Shown here: in pieces, positions 23,865 to 38,388 of the stretch
Numbering within the stretch: position 1 is the stretch's first letter
How the letters are laid out: every line of letters begins with the position of its first letter
NCBI GenBank assembly: GCA_035084275.1
Contig: CM068763.1
Coordinates: 7,874,001 to 7,938,000 of the forward strand
Direction of reading: 5' to 3'
DNA: 64,000 nucleotides
Origin: Hydrolagus colliei
Taxonomy: Eukaryota
Position numbers and translations under genes: made by a program
Notes under the pieces: model-generated
The model's database searches: none
Seen by the model: only the letters and a program-made list of their open reading frames with translations
What the model was told of the DNA's origin: nothing

Positions 23865-25606
23865 GGGTCTAAGCTAGTGCTAATTCTCAGCTGCAGGTGA
23901 GATATGAAGCACATGTAACTGCTAAGGAAAATCCAATTTTAATTTGCAAATTCAATTGCTTTTCATGTCCTGACATGTGAAATATTGAAACAAAACTTTT
24001 ATTGGAACAGACACACCCTTGGAGCAGGCAAGATGGAGATAGTACTGTACCTAGCAGGAGGAAATTGTGAATGCACAAATCGACCACTTAATTTCAACAC
24101 AAGTATTGGCAAGAGCATGGGAGAGAAAAAAGTGACCAACCTCAGTTCCAATTCCAACACAACTGTTTGGGAGAGAAAGGTACATCATTTGAAGAAAGGC
24201 AACAGAGCATGTACACGTCTCCGAGATGGGGACTCTTTATTATTAATAAGAAAATGAGAAGCTAAAAGAATTGTGGTCACAGCTCGCCTTCTGGAACCCT
24301 AGATTACACATCTGTCCACTTCTCTATCTTCTCATTATGCACTGTTTGGGAAACCACTGCCAGAAATCTTGCTCACAGCAGTGTGTACTCAACACAGCAT
24401 TGAAACTTATTATCAAAAGACGCTTCACAGTAGCCAATTGCTTTCAGTTTTTAAGAGAGCTGCGATTAATTGTCGTACGCTATTGGAAGCGACGGACAGA
24501 GAGCGATTTTTAAACCATCAGTTACAGCCTTCACTTATCCATAGGCTTCAGCGTTGCCAAATCGCAAAGTGCTTGTTAATCAATAAGCAGCAAGCGAGCT
24601 ATGGCTTAAGTAGATAACAGCCCATAAAGGATCAAATGTTTCCACCCTCTGGTCTTGGCTTTCAATTGCTCCAGTTTCAGCAATTTTTGATTGAACAGAA
24701 GGGCGGTTCAGAAATTGTTTTTAAACCCAACACCAACAGACTTCGACAACTGGCCTTCAGCACACTTTGCATTAAGAGAAATGAAGGCATATGTTTTCCA
24801 ACAGTTTTATTTTTGAAAATGATAACAAACCTATTTTTTTCAAGCACATTTAAAAGAAATCCATCTTATTTCATTTGGACATTGCTTGGTAGGGTGAGGA
24901 GGTCCAATAATCAAATGTATTATTAATGAAACTATTTTTAAGAGACAAATTAGTGCAGCACCTGTTGGAAACCATTTGCATCAGATTTCATAAAATATAC
25001 CATTGAAGTAATTTTCTAATTCCACAATTTTTCTCTAAAACGTTTTACATAAAATATACAATTGAAGTGTAGTTTCCAGGTCTTTCACAGAGTGGAACAG
25101 ATGATAACAACACTCACCTTTAATGACACTGCCCTTTAGTTCTTCACCTGACTAGCTCCTTGAAGAGACCAATTCCAAGGATGTTGGAGATCAGCCATTA
25201 ATGCCTCTCATATAGACCTATTAAGGCAATTTGTGTAGCAAGATAAGTTAGTGTCATGGTCACTGTGTGATGTGTTTGGTGTGGGCTGATGAAGTGTGAG
25301 GCAGATGCTGCCAATATGATTGGTGTCAGCCTGCAATTAGCAATGGGCCACACACTCAGTACTATAAAAATGCAAGGATTATCACAATGCAAGGAAGTAA
25401 AAGTGAATATTAAATACAGCATTATTTTTCATAGAATTTTATTTATACATATTACATTTGGAATAAATTATACAATCTTACAAATGTCACACAAAAGTTT
25501 ACAATTTAATACAAGTTTATCTCGTTAAAGTAGAAGATAACTCACTTAAAAGTAGTGCCTCGAATTTACTTTCTTTGAATTAACAACTAAATATGCAGCC
25601 AGATGT

Positions 25607-25980
25607 AACAATAATAATAATCCTTGCATTTGATATAGCGCCTTATCATGTCTTCTAGATGTCTTAAAGCGCTTCACAGAATATACTGTAAAGTGAATCA
25701 CTGTATACTTTGTGGGCGAAATGCGCCCGCCAATTCCACATAGCAGTGTCCCACAAATAATTGTGGATTTAGTGACCATTTAAAAAAAAATTTAAATAAA
25801 GAATTATTACCCCAGAAAACCAATCCACCGATCGACTAACAACTGGGTTCCTACTTACTGCTAGGTAAACAGAGGCATATGAAGTAAAGAAACTTGCTCA
25901 ACGTTTCACTCTGCTGGGAATCAAACCCAGGTTTCTCGCTTGCGAGGCAAGTGCTCTAACTACTGAGCTACAGGACTCCA
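25607..25980 (-). mobile_element. tRNA-derived SINE, variant subfamily with an extra central segment
   Basis: Normal head and tail but contains GCCTCTGTTTACCTAGCAGTAAGTAGGAACC (minus strand), also present in the copy at about 37080-37460. Confidence 0.8.
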
Positions 25981-27552
25981 TAATTTGACTTGATGAGGCA
26001 TAGTAATGGGAAATGTAATCCCTAGCTTACTTTTGAATAAAAATTGCATCTACACGGCATAATGCAGTGAGAGCATCAGTTCTCCCAGACTCCAGAGCTT
26101 CTGGAATCTTAAAAAGCAGCAGGAGTAGAATATCGTGCTCCATTGACTAAGATGGATAATACTCTGCTCTTATACAGATCATTTGAATTTCCCTTAAGCA
26201 ACATGCTAAAGGAGTGATTGCCACTGATGTACTCTTTCATCAAACCATTACGTTGTAATTTAATGAAATGATAAACACATCGAGGCAAGTTGAGTTTCCA
26301 ATTTAAGATCCACTCAAGCTGAAGCCAATAAAATATAGCTGACTCTTCGTTTACCAATTGATGAAAATGGCCATTTTTTCTATTTACCAGTCTACCAACA
26401 GTGTTATTTTCTCTAATAATCCTCAAATATGGGGTGAAACATCAGTTCAAAAGTTTCAGTTGTCTGTCTGATAGGAAGGACAGTTGCTTTTGCTACCCCA
26501 TTTGCAACATGAATACAAAGCCCTCATCTTTATTAACCAATGCCACAGAGAGGAAAAAAAAGTAGGGTTTCACATTTGGGATGGACAGAATAAGAAATAG
26601 CTCACTCATTTACAAAGCTCCAAGTAACCAGGAGCATAAGAAAGCAAGTAGGAGTATGGCCATGGATCCCCAAGAGGTCACATTCGTCCTGACACACTTA
26701 CATTTAGAATTTTTTTTTTTTTTAAATAACAACAGCTTATACCAAAATTGCCTTGGTGTCTAGAAAGTAGCTTAATGATGTTTTCCTCCAATACAGCCGA
26801 GTTATTAACTACAAGTCAGTTCAACTGACAAATATGTCTAATGGTGGCAGATTCAGAAGTGAAAAAATCCACAATCCAAACAATTCCAAACCCAACTAAC
26901 ACAGGCTTTGTTTCAGAAAATGGCTATACTTGGAATCCTACGTGCAAAAAGTAGAAAAGAGCTGAATAAAAAAATCTTAGAGGGCATCTACAATCCTTTT
27001 TCACAAGAGTATTGCTGCCAATCTTCCTCGGTTGGTTGTATAAATATATATATATATGTATCCAATTTTATATACATATACATATATATGTATTTGGGGA
27101 AGAAGTATTGAGGGTAAAAGAGAAGTTAACACTTAGATATTTCAGATGATTTGTAACAGTTTTGATCATTTCTCAGCTACAACCTTGGCCTAATAAGTGT
27201 CATTCCATCCCAACCAGACCACACATTTTCCTGCAGCGTCTCATTTCAACATAAAGTGGTTTAACTGCCAACAAATTCACCACGTGATTTGCTAGACAAA
27301 TCAAGGTTCAAATAGTCAGCTGGTATCTGGAGTAGGTAATATGGTGAGTGGAGCTGAATATAGGTCCAAGAAGCACCAGTTTTTGGAAGCTGCAGATCAT
27401 CTGTTGGGCCAGTTAAAGTTTGAATTTACATTTGTTTTTTTGGTGGTAGGATTGGAAGAAAGGAATTGCCTGAAACAAACACTTAAAAACACCTGGCAAA
27501 GCTCAGAAGGATGAGAGACGGCCCTGAACACTTCAGAATTTGATACAGAGAC

Positions 27553-28302
<750 letters not shown>

Positions 28303-29121
28303 TCAAAAAACAAGAGGTTAGTTGCACTTAATTATTAACAGTTATTAATAATTAACAAGTTAATTATTGTTTTTTATAACCTCTATAAATAACAATAATG
28401 TTTCCTCTATCCTGGCCCAAATATACACACATCTCAATTCTGTAACATCAACAATAAAATTGCACATATATAGCACCTTTCACGTCAGGAGGACATCCCA
28501 AAGCGCTGAACAGTCTGGTCAGGACCCAAGCAGGGGTGGGGGGGGGGGGGGGGGGCGGGGGTTGGTGGTAACATTATTATTATTAGTAGTAGTAACATCT
28601 AATACAATCATTTTACTATTTGTTTCAAAGCTTGAAGATAGTAGTAGAACAAGGGGATTCAATGTTACTGATTGTTAATTATATTACAGTATTATGTTTC
28701 TCCATAGACAAGGGCTTCAGCTGACTGGTATAATGTGTGCTGCATCATGGGAGTACATTAGTTAATGTATATTTATAAACACTGTAATATAAATAATATA
28801 TGTATGTATGTATGCGTGAGTACATTTGGTAGACATTTTAGGAAAACAAAATACTTTAACTAGGACAGTATCTGTTAAGTCGAAAGATATTTGACAGATA
28901 CATAATTTCAAATATTGTATTGCCAATCACTTCTACAGTTTGAAGATGTCAGTGTTTTTCTACAGTTAAAGTTTATTAAAGTTTAACTTATTAAACTTGA
29001 ATGAATAATACTCAGCTAACACGTTATCCCTTTACCTGAGGCTCTGGATTAAAATTCAGTACAAAGCATACAATAACTATCGGAATTCACTATCGAAAAG
29101 CAAAGTTAAATGATTATTTTA

Positions 29122-29502
<381 letters not shown>

Positions 29503-29889
29503 TCACATCAGCAAAGTACAATATAAAATCTGTTCCTAATCATTGGAGACACAGCTGCCAATCTTATATTATTGTATTTCAGAAAACACATTGTGAGAGA
29601 AAGCAACTTGCATTCTAGAAGTTTTTTTAAAAAAAAACATACAATAGAATTAAACATCAAGTTTTCAGAATTGCACCAGGTAGGCACTCTGTTACGTTAG
29701 GCATTAACGTAATTGATTAATTGGTTAATTGATTAGGCACCTCAATAGCCATTGAGGTGCCTAATCAATCACCAAGACAGAAAACAAGATTCAATCCTGC
29801 AGCCCTTTGGTCTATACTACCTCATGCTTTACCCACTAAGCCTTTGTGCAATTATTTTTCAGTCAATCAATTAACAAAACCATAATTTT

Positions 29890-30262
29890 CTGCAGCTCAG
29901 TGGTTAGAGCAATCATCTTAGAAGCGAGAGACCTGTGTTCAACTGCAGGCAGGGTGAAACCTTGGGCAAGTTTCCTAACTCCACACATCTAATAATACAC
30001 CCTCAGAAAAAACAATAATAAACTGGTCATTTCATCCCACAAGTGGTTATGGGGAACTCCTGCACGCAATTGGCTGCCGAGTTTCGCCCACATATGTGCA
30101 GTCAATTCACTTTACAGTATATCCTGTGAAGCACTTTGAGCCATCTAGAAAACGTAAAAAATGCCATATCAAATGCAAGATTATCATTATTCTGTGAAGC
30201 GTTTGAGGCACCTAGCAGAGGTAAAAAGTATTAAATCAAATGTAAGGATTATTATTATTATT
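29890..30262 (+). mobile_element. tRNA-derived SINE with duplicated 3' tail
   Basis: Head, body and tail, then a second hairpin and tail at about 30190-30262. Confidence 0.85.
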
Positions 30263-31754
30263 AGAATTATCAATATCAAAAGAGTACTGTAAATATTATA
30301 CTGATTTACAACCATAAATAACGGATTTTTCTCTCAGGAAATTAGTAAATATGTCGCCTCTGTGATTTCCTTGCCTCGGGTTTTAAATGTTTTGTGATTC
30401 CAAAAGCTTGCCAGAATTCTCGCTAATTTAATGACTTTGTAAGAAATATGCTCCACCTCCAATGGCAGGTCACACAAAACCTTGGGCTCTCATCTCTATC
30501 CTCTCTGAGAATGAGGTCAAGGTCTCCTGTGCAGTGTGCAATTTCCAGTTTCCAAACATGCTGAACACAAACAATCTCTCAGGACTCAAAAAGTGAAAAC
30601 AAGGTATTCCATTACAATACCCAACCCACTATTGTATTTGAAGCCACAAATGTGGGGCCAGTCCCCATTAGTACAGAGATCAGTATGTATGTAATCATAC
30701 TGCTTTACTCCATCAAAAGGCAGAAGGGTGAAACCATGGAAGAATCTTACCTTCTTGCATCTTATTATTGTTTAAAACAATAGAATGTGTAAGTATGCTG
30801 CTAAAGTATGTTATAACTGCAGAGCTAAATTTTCCTCTCTAATCAGGCTTAAATTTCAGTGAATATTGTATCTAGACACTGATTTCCTCCAGCTTCAAGA
30901 AGACAAAAGTATGACTAGGCATGCATGATATTTGCAATACCAAATGTGGTGCTGTGTACAGTGCACCATCCCACTTGCATTTCATATCAGTATGACATCA
31001 TTATGATCAACATGGCAGTCAACCTGAAAAAATCAGTGGATACTTACTGCATGCATACATTCTAGCTAATAGCCAATCCAAAAATCTTTATTGCAAGACA
31101 GACTTCAATCTATAATTCTGAAGTTCAGTCAGGTCAATCTAGACTGAGACTACAATAAGAGCTCTCAATTCCAAGCCAATGCATTTCAAGTGACAAAGTA
31201 TATTAGTCTCCCTCTTTCTATAACTGAGAAAACTGAGAAGATCATGGCTGAAGGTGAAGGTTACAAACAGAAAAGGGTCTCTATGAACAGAATGATTTCT
31301 GCAATATTGAAACCACAGGCAACTCATTTGTGGAGAAACAGCTGGTCAGTTAAATAACACTGTTGCAGTGTTTAGTTACCTAGTGCCTTGCATATAACAT
31401 TCTACCTCTGGTTATACCATCTACGTGCTATTAATTGATCTTCCGTGCAATTTATACATTGTCACACTGGTATTGACATTTGCCAGACTTTCCAATGTAG
31501 TTCCTTGTTTAGTTCCTTTCAGATCTTCGCACAATTCTACAGAGCAAAACTAGATTGACAATCTATGGCATGGGTGATTCGCAAAAATAGAGACATGTGA
31601 TGTGCCATCTTTGCCCCAAACCACAAGATTTAATGCAGATAAACCACACACACATGCATACTGCATAAATGCATGCATAGGTAAGGAAGCAAAGCCAATT
31701 TCTGAATTTGTGAAGAACTCAATCTGAACACCTGCCAGAGCTCAATATCGATTT

Positions 31755-32250
31755 GTGGAGCTCCTGTAGCTCAGTAGTTAGAGCACTCGCCTTACAAGCG
31801 TGAGACCTGTATTCGAATCCAGGCAGGATGAAACCTCTGCAAGTTTCCTTACTCCACATGCTTAATAATAATCCCTCAAAAAAACTAAAATACAGTAAAA
31901 GCCAATTTATCCGGCACCCGATCAACTGTAACTTCTGTATAACCGGCATCACAAAAAAAGGTTCGCATTCGATTAACTGGAATTTATCCGGAAAAATGCA
32001 TTTTAAAAATATTATTTTTTTGCGTTTTCCGCCAAATATCTGGCACACGCTTTAACCGGCATTGGTCAGGTCCCAAGGGTGCCGGATAAATGGGCTTTTA
32101 CTGTAAACTGGGTCGACTGTTTGTGGGGCACTGCTGTGTGCAATTGGCTGCCATGTTTCGCCCACAAATAGACAGTCAATTCACTTTCAGTATATTATTT
32201 TGAGACATCTAGAAAACGTGAAAAGCGCTATTTCAAATGCAAGGATTATT
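31755..32250 (+). mobile_element. tRNA-derived SINE interrupted by a MITE
   Basis: Head at about 31755-31830; body resumes after 32105. Confidence 0.88.
31893..32103. mobile_element. MITE, Tc1/mariner-pogo(Tigger)-type, 211 bp
   Basis: 27-bp terminal inverted repeats CAGTAAAAGCC(A/C)ATTTATCCGGCACCC (1 mismatch), flanked by TA at 31891-92 and 32104-05. Confidence 0.9.
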
Positions 32251-34099
32251 TTGTTTTCTCTCCCCTCCTTCTCCAAACTATCAATTGTTAATAGCACTGA
32301 TCACACATCCAAGTGAGATGAATTGAACAGACCTAGACCCCATTTCACTCCAAGATCGTTCCACTTAATAGTTTTATTAAAAAAAACTTTAAATAGCTGT
32401 GAAGTGCTACTTACCATCACAGAATCTTTTGACTGGAGTAATCTAGGATGCAATGCAAATGAATCTTGGGTGCAATGATAATGGGAATAAATTGTGAGTT
32501 TTGCTGCGTACAACTGTATATAAGTGCACAAATCAGTGCACAAACAATCAAGTGGTAGGCTAGCTAAAGGAAAGAGTGAGACACACACAAATGATTGCTA
32601 TATCAATGTTAAGGAAGATTTAGATTTTTCACATACACCAGTCTATGTGAGGCTATTTGTCTTGCTACAATTCATAAATAACTACATTTTGAACATTTGT
32701 GGGCTGGTTTGGAGACTCTTAACGCATGATGCTACTTCCACACCCAGCTGACCAAACAAATCAGTTTATAGCTGGAAGAAATGATGGGTACAGCCAGTAA
32801 TACCTGCATTAATAAATAACTACCAACAACAAAAATCAACAATAAAATTATACCTGTATAGTACCTTTCATGACAGAAGGACTTCCCAAAGTGCTACCAA
32901 CAACCAAGGCCTAATTGCAATGCTATATGATGGATTTTATAGATAATTGCCACACCCATGAATTTGTTTTTAAAAAACAATTCCCATTTGCAGTTTTCCT
33001 TTGTAATGCTTATCATGGTTTCCATTTCGCCAGACTGTGAAGTAGCTACGTGGAGGTGCTTTAAAGACAGGGGAAATCATCTCGCATTCCACTCCAATTA
33101 CAGTATTTAATCTCATCACAACTCTTAATCAATATCCATACATAATTTTTGTACACCAGAACACAATCATGTTCTTAAACCGTTACAGTTCATTTCCCGC
33201 ACAGTTGACCCAAGGGATGTTGCACTTGCACAAACATCATTCCGTTTTAATAAAAATATCCCAATCGGTGTACAATTTTTTCCCCATGAAATGGAACCAT
33301 CCAGTCCTCTCAGCTATCCAGTTCTATGATCTAGCTGTGGTGGATCAAGAGATTGACTAGATACAGACATGGAAGCCAACGAAATTTAAAAAAAAACACA
33401 CCATAAGACTTCCCTAAAATAGTGTGCACCAGATATTTCAGTGAATCCATGGCAGCCACGGCCACGGGGGACTTCAGTCCTCAACACAGCCAAAGTGTGA
33501 CTCACACAGCAGATCCCTGAAATCAATTTGTGAAATGACTGAAACATCAAGAAGTGGGGTTGCCATTGCAGCACATTGCTCCGCCACCACACACGTGACA
33601 GCAACAAAACATTGGGCGACATGTTGCTGAACACAGCATTTCTCTCACTGCCCACCATCGCCACCATCACCACCAACAACAATTACACGTATTTTGAATG
33701 CCAACAAGATTTGTTTTAAAACCAATAACATTAATTTGGTTTTTTTTTCAAAAAATGTAGGCAGATGTATATATTAAAAATTACGCAACACAAAAAAACC
33801 CTGCCAGTGTCATTTACACATCACCAACCTTGCTGATTGGCAACTACATCCTGCAGATACATTAATTAGTCATTCAATTTAACGGCTGTGTGAGGAGGCA
33901 TTGTCAACAGCCAACCGCCTCCATACATATACATATATATATACAGTACACACACAGTCACTACACATGACAGTGATTGCAGGACATGTTGAGTGCTTTG
34001 AGACACTGACCCTATCATTGTCATTTAACTCCTCTTCAGCTGCTGTGTGTGGCCACCGGTCATATATAATGATATGGCCCATATCCGTCTTACCTGCAG

Positions 34100-34745
34100 C
34101 TCTCACCTGAGCTCTGCCCTGAGACCGCGGCCACCTGCAGCCGCTCTCCTTCCCGGCCTATTGACAGCGCAGAGGCCTCCGCCGCTCGCCACATAAACAG
34201 ACATTAGCCGCCCAGAGGCAGCAGCTCGGCTCCCGGGACAACAGCCTGTGCCACACATGGCACCAGCCAGCCAGCGAGAAGCCGGGCCCTTGCCTACCGA
34301 GTGTCCCCTCCTCCTACTGCCACCCACCTCCCACGCCCGCATTCAAACGGCGCCTGCGGCCGGCGGTTACCTGAGCGAACACGGCCCCCGGTTCCCCGGC
34401 CATTGCATCGCTTGCTTCCCGCGCCGCCACCTCCACCCGCCACTGCGCGAGCGCAGCCTTCAAACAGCTGTCAGTCACACACTCAGGCCCCGCCCACTGC
34501 CACTCACGCCCTCTAACCCCGCCCCCCCCAGTCACTCGCGCCCCCGCCCCCCGGGTCACTCACACACACCGGCCCCGCCCCCTATCGCTCACACATTCCG
34601 CCCCCTGTCACTGACGCCCTCCGCCCCCTGTCATCCACTCGGCCACGCCCCCTGCCATTCACTCCCCCGGCCCCGTCTCCTGTCACTCACCCACTCGGCC
34701 CCGCCCACACCACCCGGCCCCGCCCCATTGACCAGGGTCCTCAAA
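34100..34745 (-). promoter_or_regulatory. PDIK1L: CpG island, PDIK1L promoter and non-coding first exon (donor CAG|gtaacc, exon end 34371)
   Basis: Sharp CpG/GC enrichment, many CCCCGCCC GC boxes, and a strong minus-strand donor upstream of the first coding exon. Confidence 0.7.
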
Positions 34746-34768
34746 CGACCCTGATTGTAAATATTAAT

Positions 34769-34950
34769 AGAAGTTGCTGGGGAAGCTCAGCAGGTCAGGC
34801 AGCATCCATGGAGAAAGGAAAAAGAGTCAATGTTTCGGGTTGAGTCACCCTTGACTCTTTTTCCTTTCTCCATGGATGCTGCCTGACCTGCCGAGTTTCC
34901 CCAGCAACTTCTGTTTTTGTTTCAGCTTTCCAGCATCTGTAGTATTTTGT
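34769..34950. mobile_element. Palindromic Penelope-like element (62-bp inverted arms, 20-nt loop)
   Basis: 34769-34830 pairs with 34851-34912 with 2 mismatches; followed by ctgtttttgtttcagctttccagcatctg as in the 16.8-kb copy. Confidence 0.7.
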
Positions 34951-34956
34951 GTTTTG

Positions 34957-35288
34957 AACCTGGGTTCGATTCCAGGTAGGTCAAGTCAAGGCAAAACCTT
35001 GGGCAAGTTTCCTTACGACATACACACGCGCGCGCACACACGCCTGATAATCATCCCTCAAGAAAAAAACCCGAACAATAATAAAATTGGTCATTTCAAT
35101 CGACGACTGTTTGTGGGACTAGCCGCAGTGTGCAATTGGCTGCCGCATTTCACCCACAAATATACAGTCAATTTACTTTACAGCATATATTGTGAAGCGC
35201 CTTTGAGACGTCTAGAAGAGGTGAAAAGGGCTATATCAATTATGATATATGGATTATGATATGTAAGGATTATGATTATTATTATTAG
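34957..35288 (+). mobile_element. tRNA-derived SINE, head partly lost
   Basis: B box GGTTCGATTCC, body and tail. Confidence 0.85.
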
Positions 35289-36179
35289 TATCATTGCTCA
35301 GAATACACTACTCCAAACAGTTTACAAAGTGCGATTGATTTGAAATGTGGCTAAGTAAACAAGGCACCAGCCACAAGGTCCAATGGAAAAGTGACCCTCT
35401 TCTGGAAGTAGTTCTGTGAGGCGGTCAAGACCTTGTAGCAATTGACTTTATTTTATAATTTATTTTATAATAATATTATTATTATATTATTATTATATTC
35501 TTTATTTTCCCTTCAATGAGGGCAGGATATCATGATTCACCAAACCTGGACTTGCCTTAAATATGCTGCGTCCATGGCTATCTAGAACACCTCCACTGAT
35601 TATATAAAGGCACAGCTGTTGCCAATGTTTCTCTAGATCAAGTTTCTCAACATCAGTAATTAGAAATTTCCATCTGTCAGCACACATAATAATAACAATC
35701 GTCCTTGCATTTGATACAGCTCTTTACACACCTTCTAGATGTCTCAAAACACCGCACAGAATATTCTATAAAATGAACTGACTGTGTAATGTGTGGGCGA
35801 AGCTTCCAGAGGGAGGAGAGAGGAAACGCAGAGGGAGAGGGGTGTCTGATTAACTTGATACTGCCCTTGAGACAAGCTCTGTTGATTTGTTGATTTTACG
35901 CAAGAAAGAGAAATGCGACGAACGAATCTCTTCCCGGGGCTTTCCCCTCTTTATTCAATCGTTTAGTTGAATCAAAACAAACATTAGTAATCACAGGTTA
36001 GAACAGGTGTGTTGCTGCCCATTTCTGCTTCTTGTGGAATTAATGTGGTAGGCATCATGTGTTACAATGAAGAAATTCTTTGTGACTAAGTAAAATTGTT
36101 ATACGAGGGTAACATTTTAATCAATTGAATTGTCCATTTTCTCGGTATGTCCCGAGGACTGGGATGTGACTTCCCTTCT

Positions 36180-36690
36180 TCAACAACAACAATAAATTAC
36201 ATTTGTACAACAACAACTTGGATTTATAAAGGGCCCTCTACGCCAGACGGCGTCTCAGAGCGCTTCACAATAGCGGAGGCCAAGACAGGGGAAGGTAACC
36301 GTAAGCCCGGATGAACAGAAAGATCATCAGGCGCAACTTGAAAATGGAAAAGGAGGTGGAGGGATTGAGGGACTTCCAGAGTTTCAGGGTGTAGTGTCTG
36401 AAAGCACGGCTGCCGATGGTGGAGTAGAGGATTTGGGGGACAAGAAGGAGGCCAGACCCAGTAAAGGGGAGGAAGCAGGTACTACTTTGAGGAGAGAAGA
36501 GATGAAGCACCTTTCACTATGGGACGACATGCCAAGACGCTGGACAGTCAAGAATTTGGACCTCAGCGAGGAGGGGGGTTTGGAGTCAGGAGCAGAGAAG
36601 AGAGAGTAGGGATAAGAGAGTGACCAAAGAAGAGTGACGGTCGAAGAGGAGGGCCTTGAGATGTGCCGCAAAGGAGGCAAGGGGAAGTGA
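36180..36690 (-). mobile_element. Degraded L2 3' fragments (at least two, nested)
   Basis: (CAA)n tails on the + strand and L2 3' ORF/UTR motifs. Confidence 0.7.
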
Positions 36691-37986
36691 CTGTGGAATA
36701 TTCTCTTCTCGTACCTTATAATTCTTGACAGTACAGTACTCACCGATCAGTGGCAGATTCAACTCATGGTGGGCGGCACAGTGATTTATTGGGCACAATG
36801 TACAGTCCTTCATGGCATGGGGCGTATTGTGTACTGGTGCAGGTAGTTGCAAGAAAGAGCGGAAACGAAGAAAGAATGTGTTTGGGTGTGAGGTCACAGT
36901 GACATGGTGAAATCACAAAGAGATTTCAACCCATTTTCTAGAACATCGAGTCAGACATCGCAGCTCCACTTGTTGGGGGGTGGGGGTGGGGGGTGGGGGG
37001 TGGGGGGGTGGTGAGGTATCAACGATGATACGCAAAGGATAACACATGGGATATTGCAGCAAAGAGAAACCACCATAAACTAATAATAATCCTTGCCATT
37101 AATAAAAGCGCCTTATCACATCTTCAAGACGTCTCAAAGCGCTTCGCAGAGTATATTGTAAAGTGAATTGACTGATTATTTTGTGAGCAAAAGGCAGCAC
37201 TAGCAATGTCAGTCCAATTGCGCACAGCAGTGTCCCACAAATAGTCATGGATTGAGGGATCCAATTTTTTTTTGAAGGGGTTATTATCTCCAGAAAAGCG
37301 ACCCGCCAATAAACTAACAGCCTAATTCCTACTTTACTGCGAGGTAAACACAGGCACGTAAAGAAGAGGAGGTCTTCCAAATGTTTTGCCCAGCCTGGGA
37401 ATCAATCCTGGGTCCTCTCGCTCACAAGGCAAATGCTCAAATAACTACTTTACAGGACACACATAGTCACTTGGTCACTATAGGTATTCACGCAGGCACT
37501 GATTATTCTCTCACACACTCGGTCTGTGTCAGGACATTTCCAGCATGTTGTTAAACAGTCCCAGAGATAAATAGCACTGACATCACTTATATAGGAACAT
37601 TGGAACAGGATTAGGCCATTCAGCCCCTTAATCCTGTTCTGCTATTAGAATCATTTGATATTATTATTTTAAAAACCTCAATTAGATCACCCCTCAACTT
37701 TACGCAACCAATTCTCATAATTTAACTTGAAGCCCTGGTATCATCCTGATGAAATACTAGCCGGCCTTTCAGTAATCATTTGGAAGCAGTTTTTTTCACC
37801 GTTTCTAAAAAGAAATCAGCTTCCAGTTCAAGAGTTTCCCACAATTCCACACAATCTGAAATTTCAAGAGAAAATGGGATCACCGGCAAAGTAGTATCTT
37901 AGGCCTGAGGTCTTCAGAGTGAGATCAGTTCTGACTATTGAGTTATACAGGTGATGAATTTATTACTCAGGCGGTTTTTAAAATGT

Positions 37987-38300
37987 TAATAATAATCCTT
38001 GAATTTGATGTAGTGCTTTTCATATCTTCTAGACGTCTCAAAGCACAAATTTACTGTGAAGTGAATTGACTGTTTATTGGTTGGTGAATGGAGGCAGCCA
38101 ATTGCGCACAGCAGCGTCCCACAAACAGTCGTGGATTGAAATGACCAATTTTTATTATTGTAGTTTTTGGGGCCGGATTACTATTAGGCGTGTGTGCGGA
38201 GTAAGGAAACTTGCCCAAGGTTTCGCCTGGATTCGAACACAGGTCTCGAACACATCACTCGTTTGTAAGGCGAGTGATCTAACCCCAGAGCTACAGGACT
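37987..38300 (-). mobile_element. tRNA-derived SINE, full length
   Basis: Matches the family head, body and tail. Confidence 0.88.
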
Positions 38301-38382
38301 ATGTTGTCATAGAAATGCCAGACAGACAAGAAGGAGCTGGGCAGATGGAATATATTTCCTCCATATTTCAAAAAAGCTTTGG

Positions 38383-38388
38383 TTTATT
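38383..38388 (-). promoter_or_regulatory. Candidate polyadenylation signal for the PAG1/LIME1-like gene
   Basis: AATAAA on the minus strand in unique AT-rich sequence downstream of the L2 that follows the stop codon. Confidence 0.35.
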
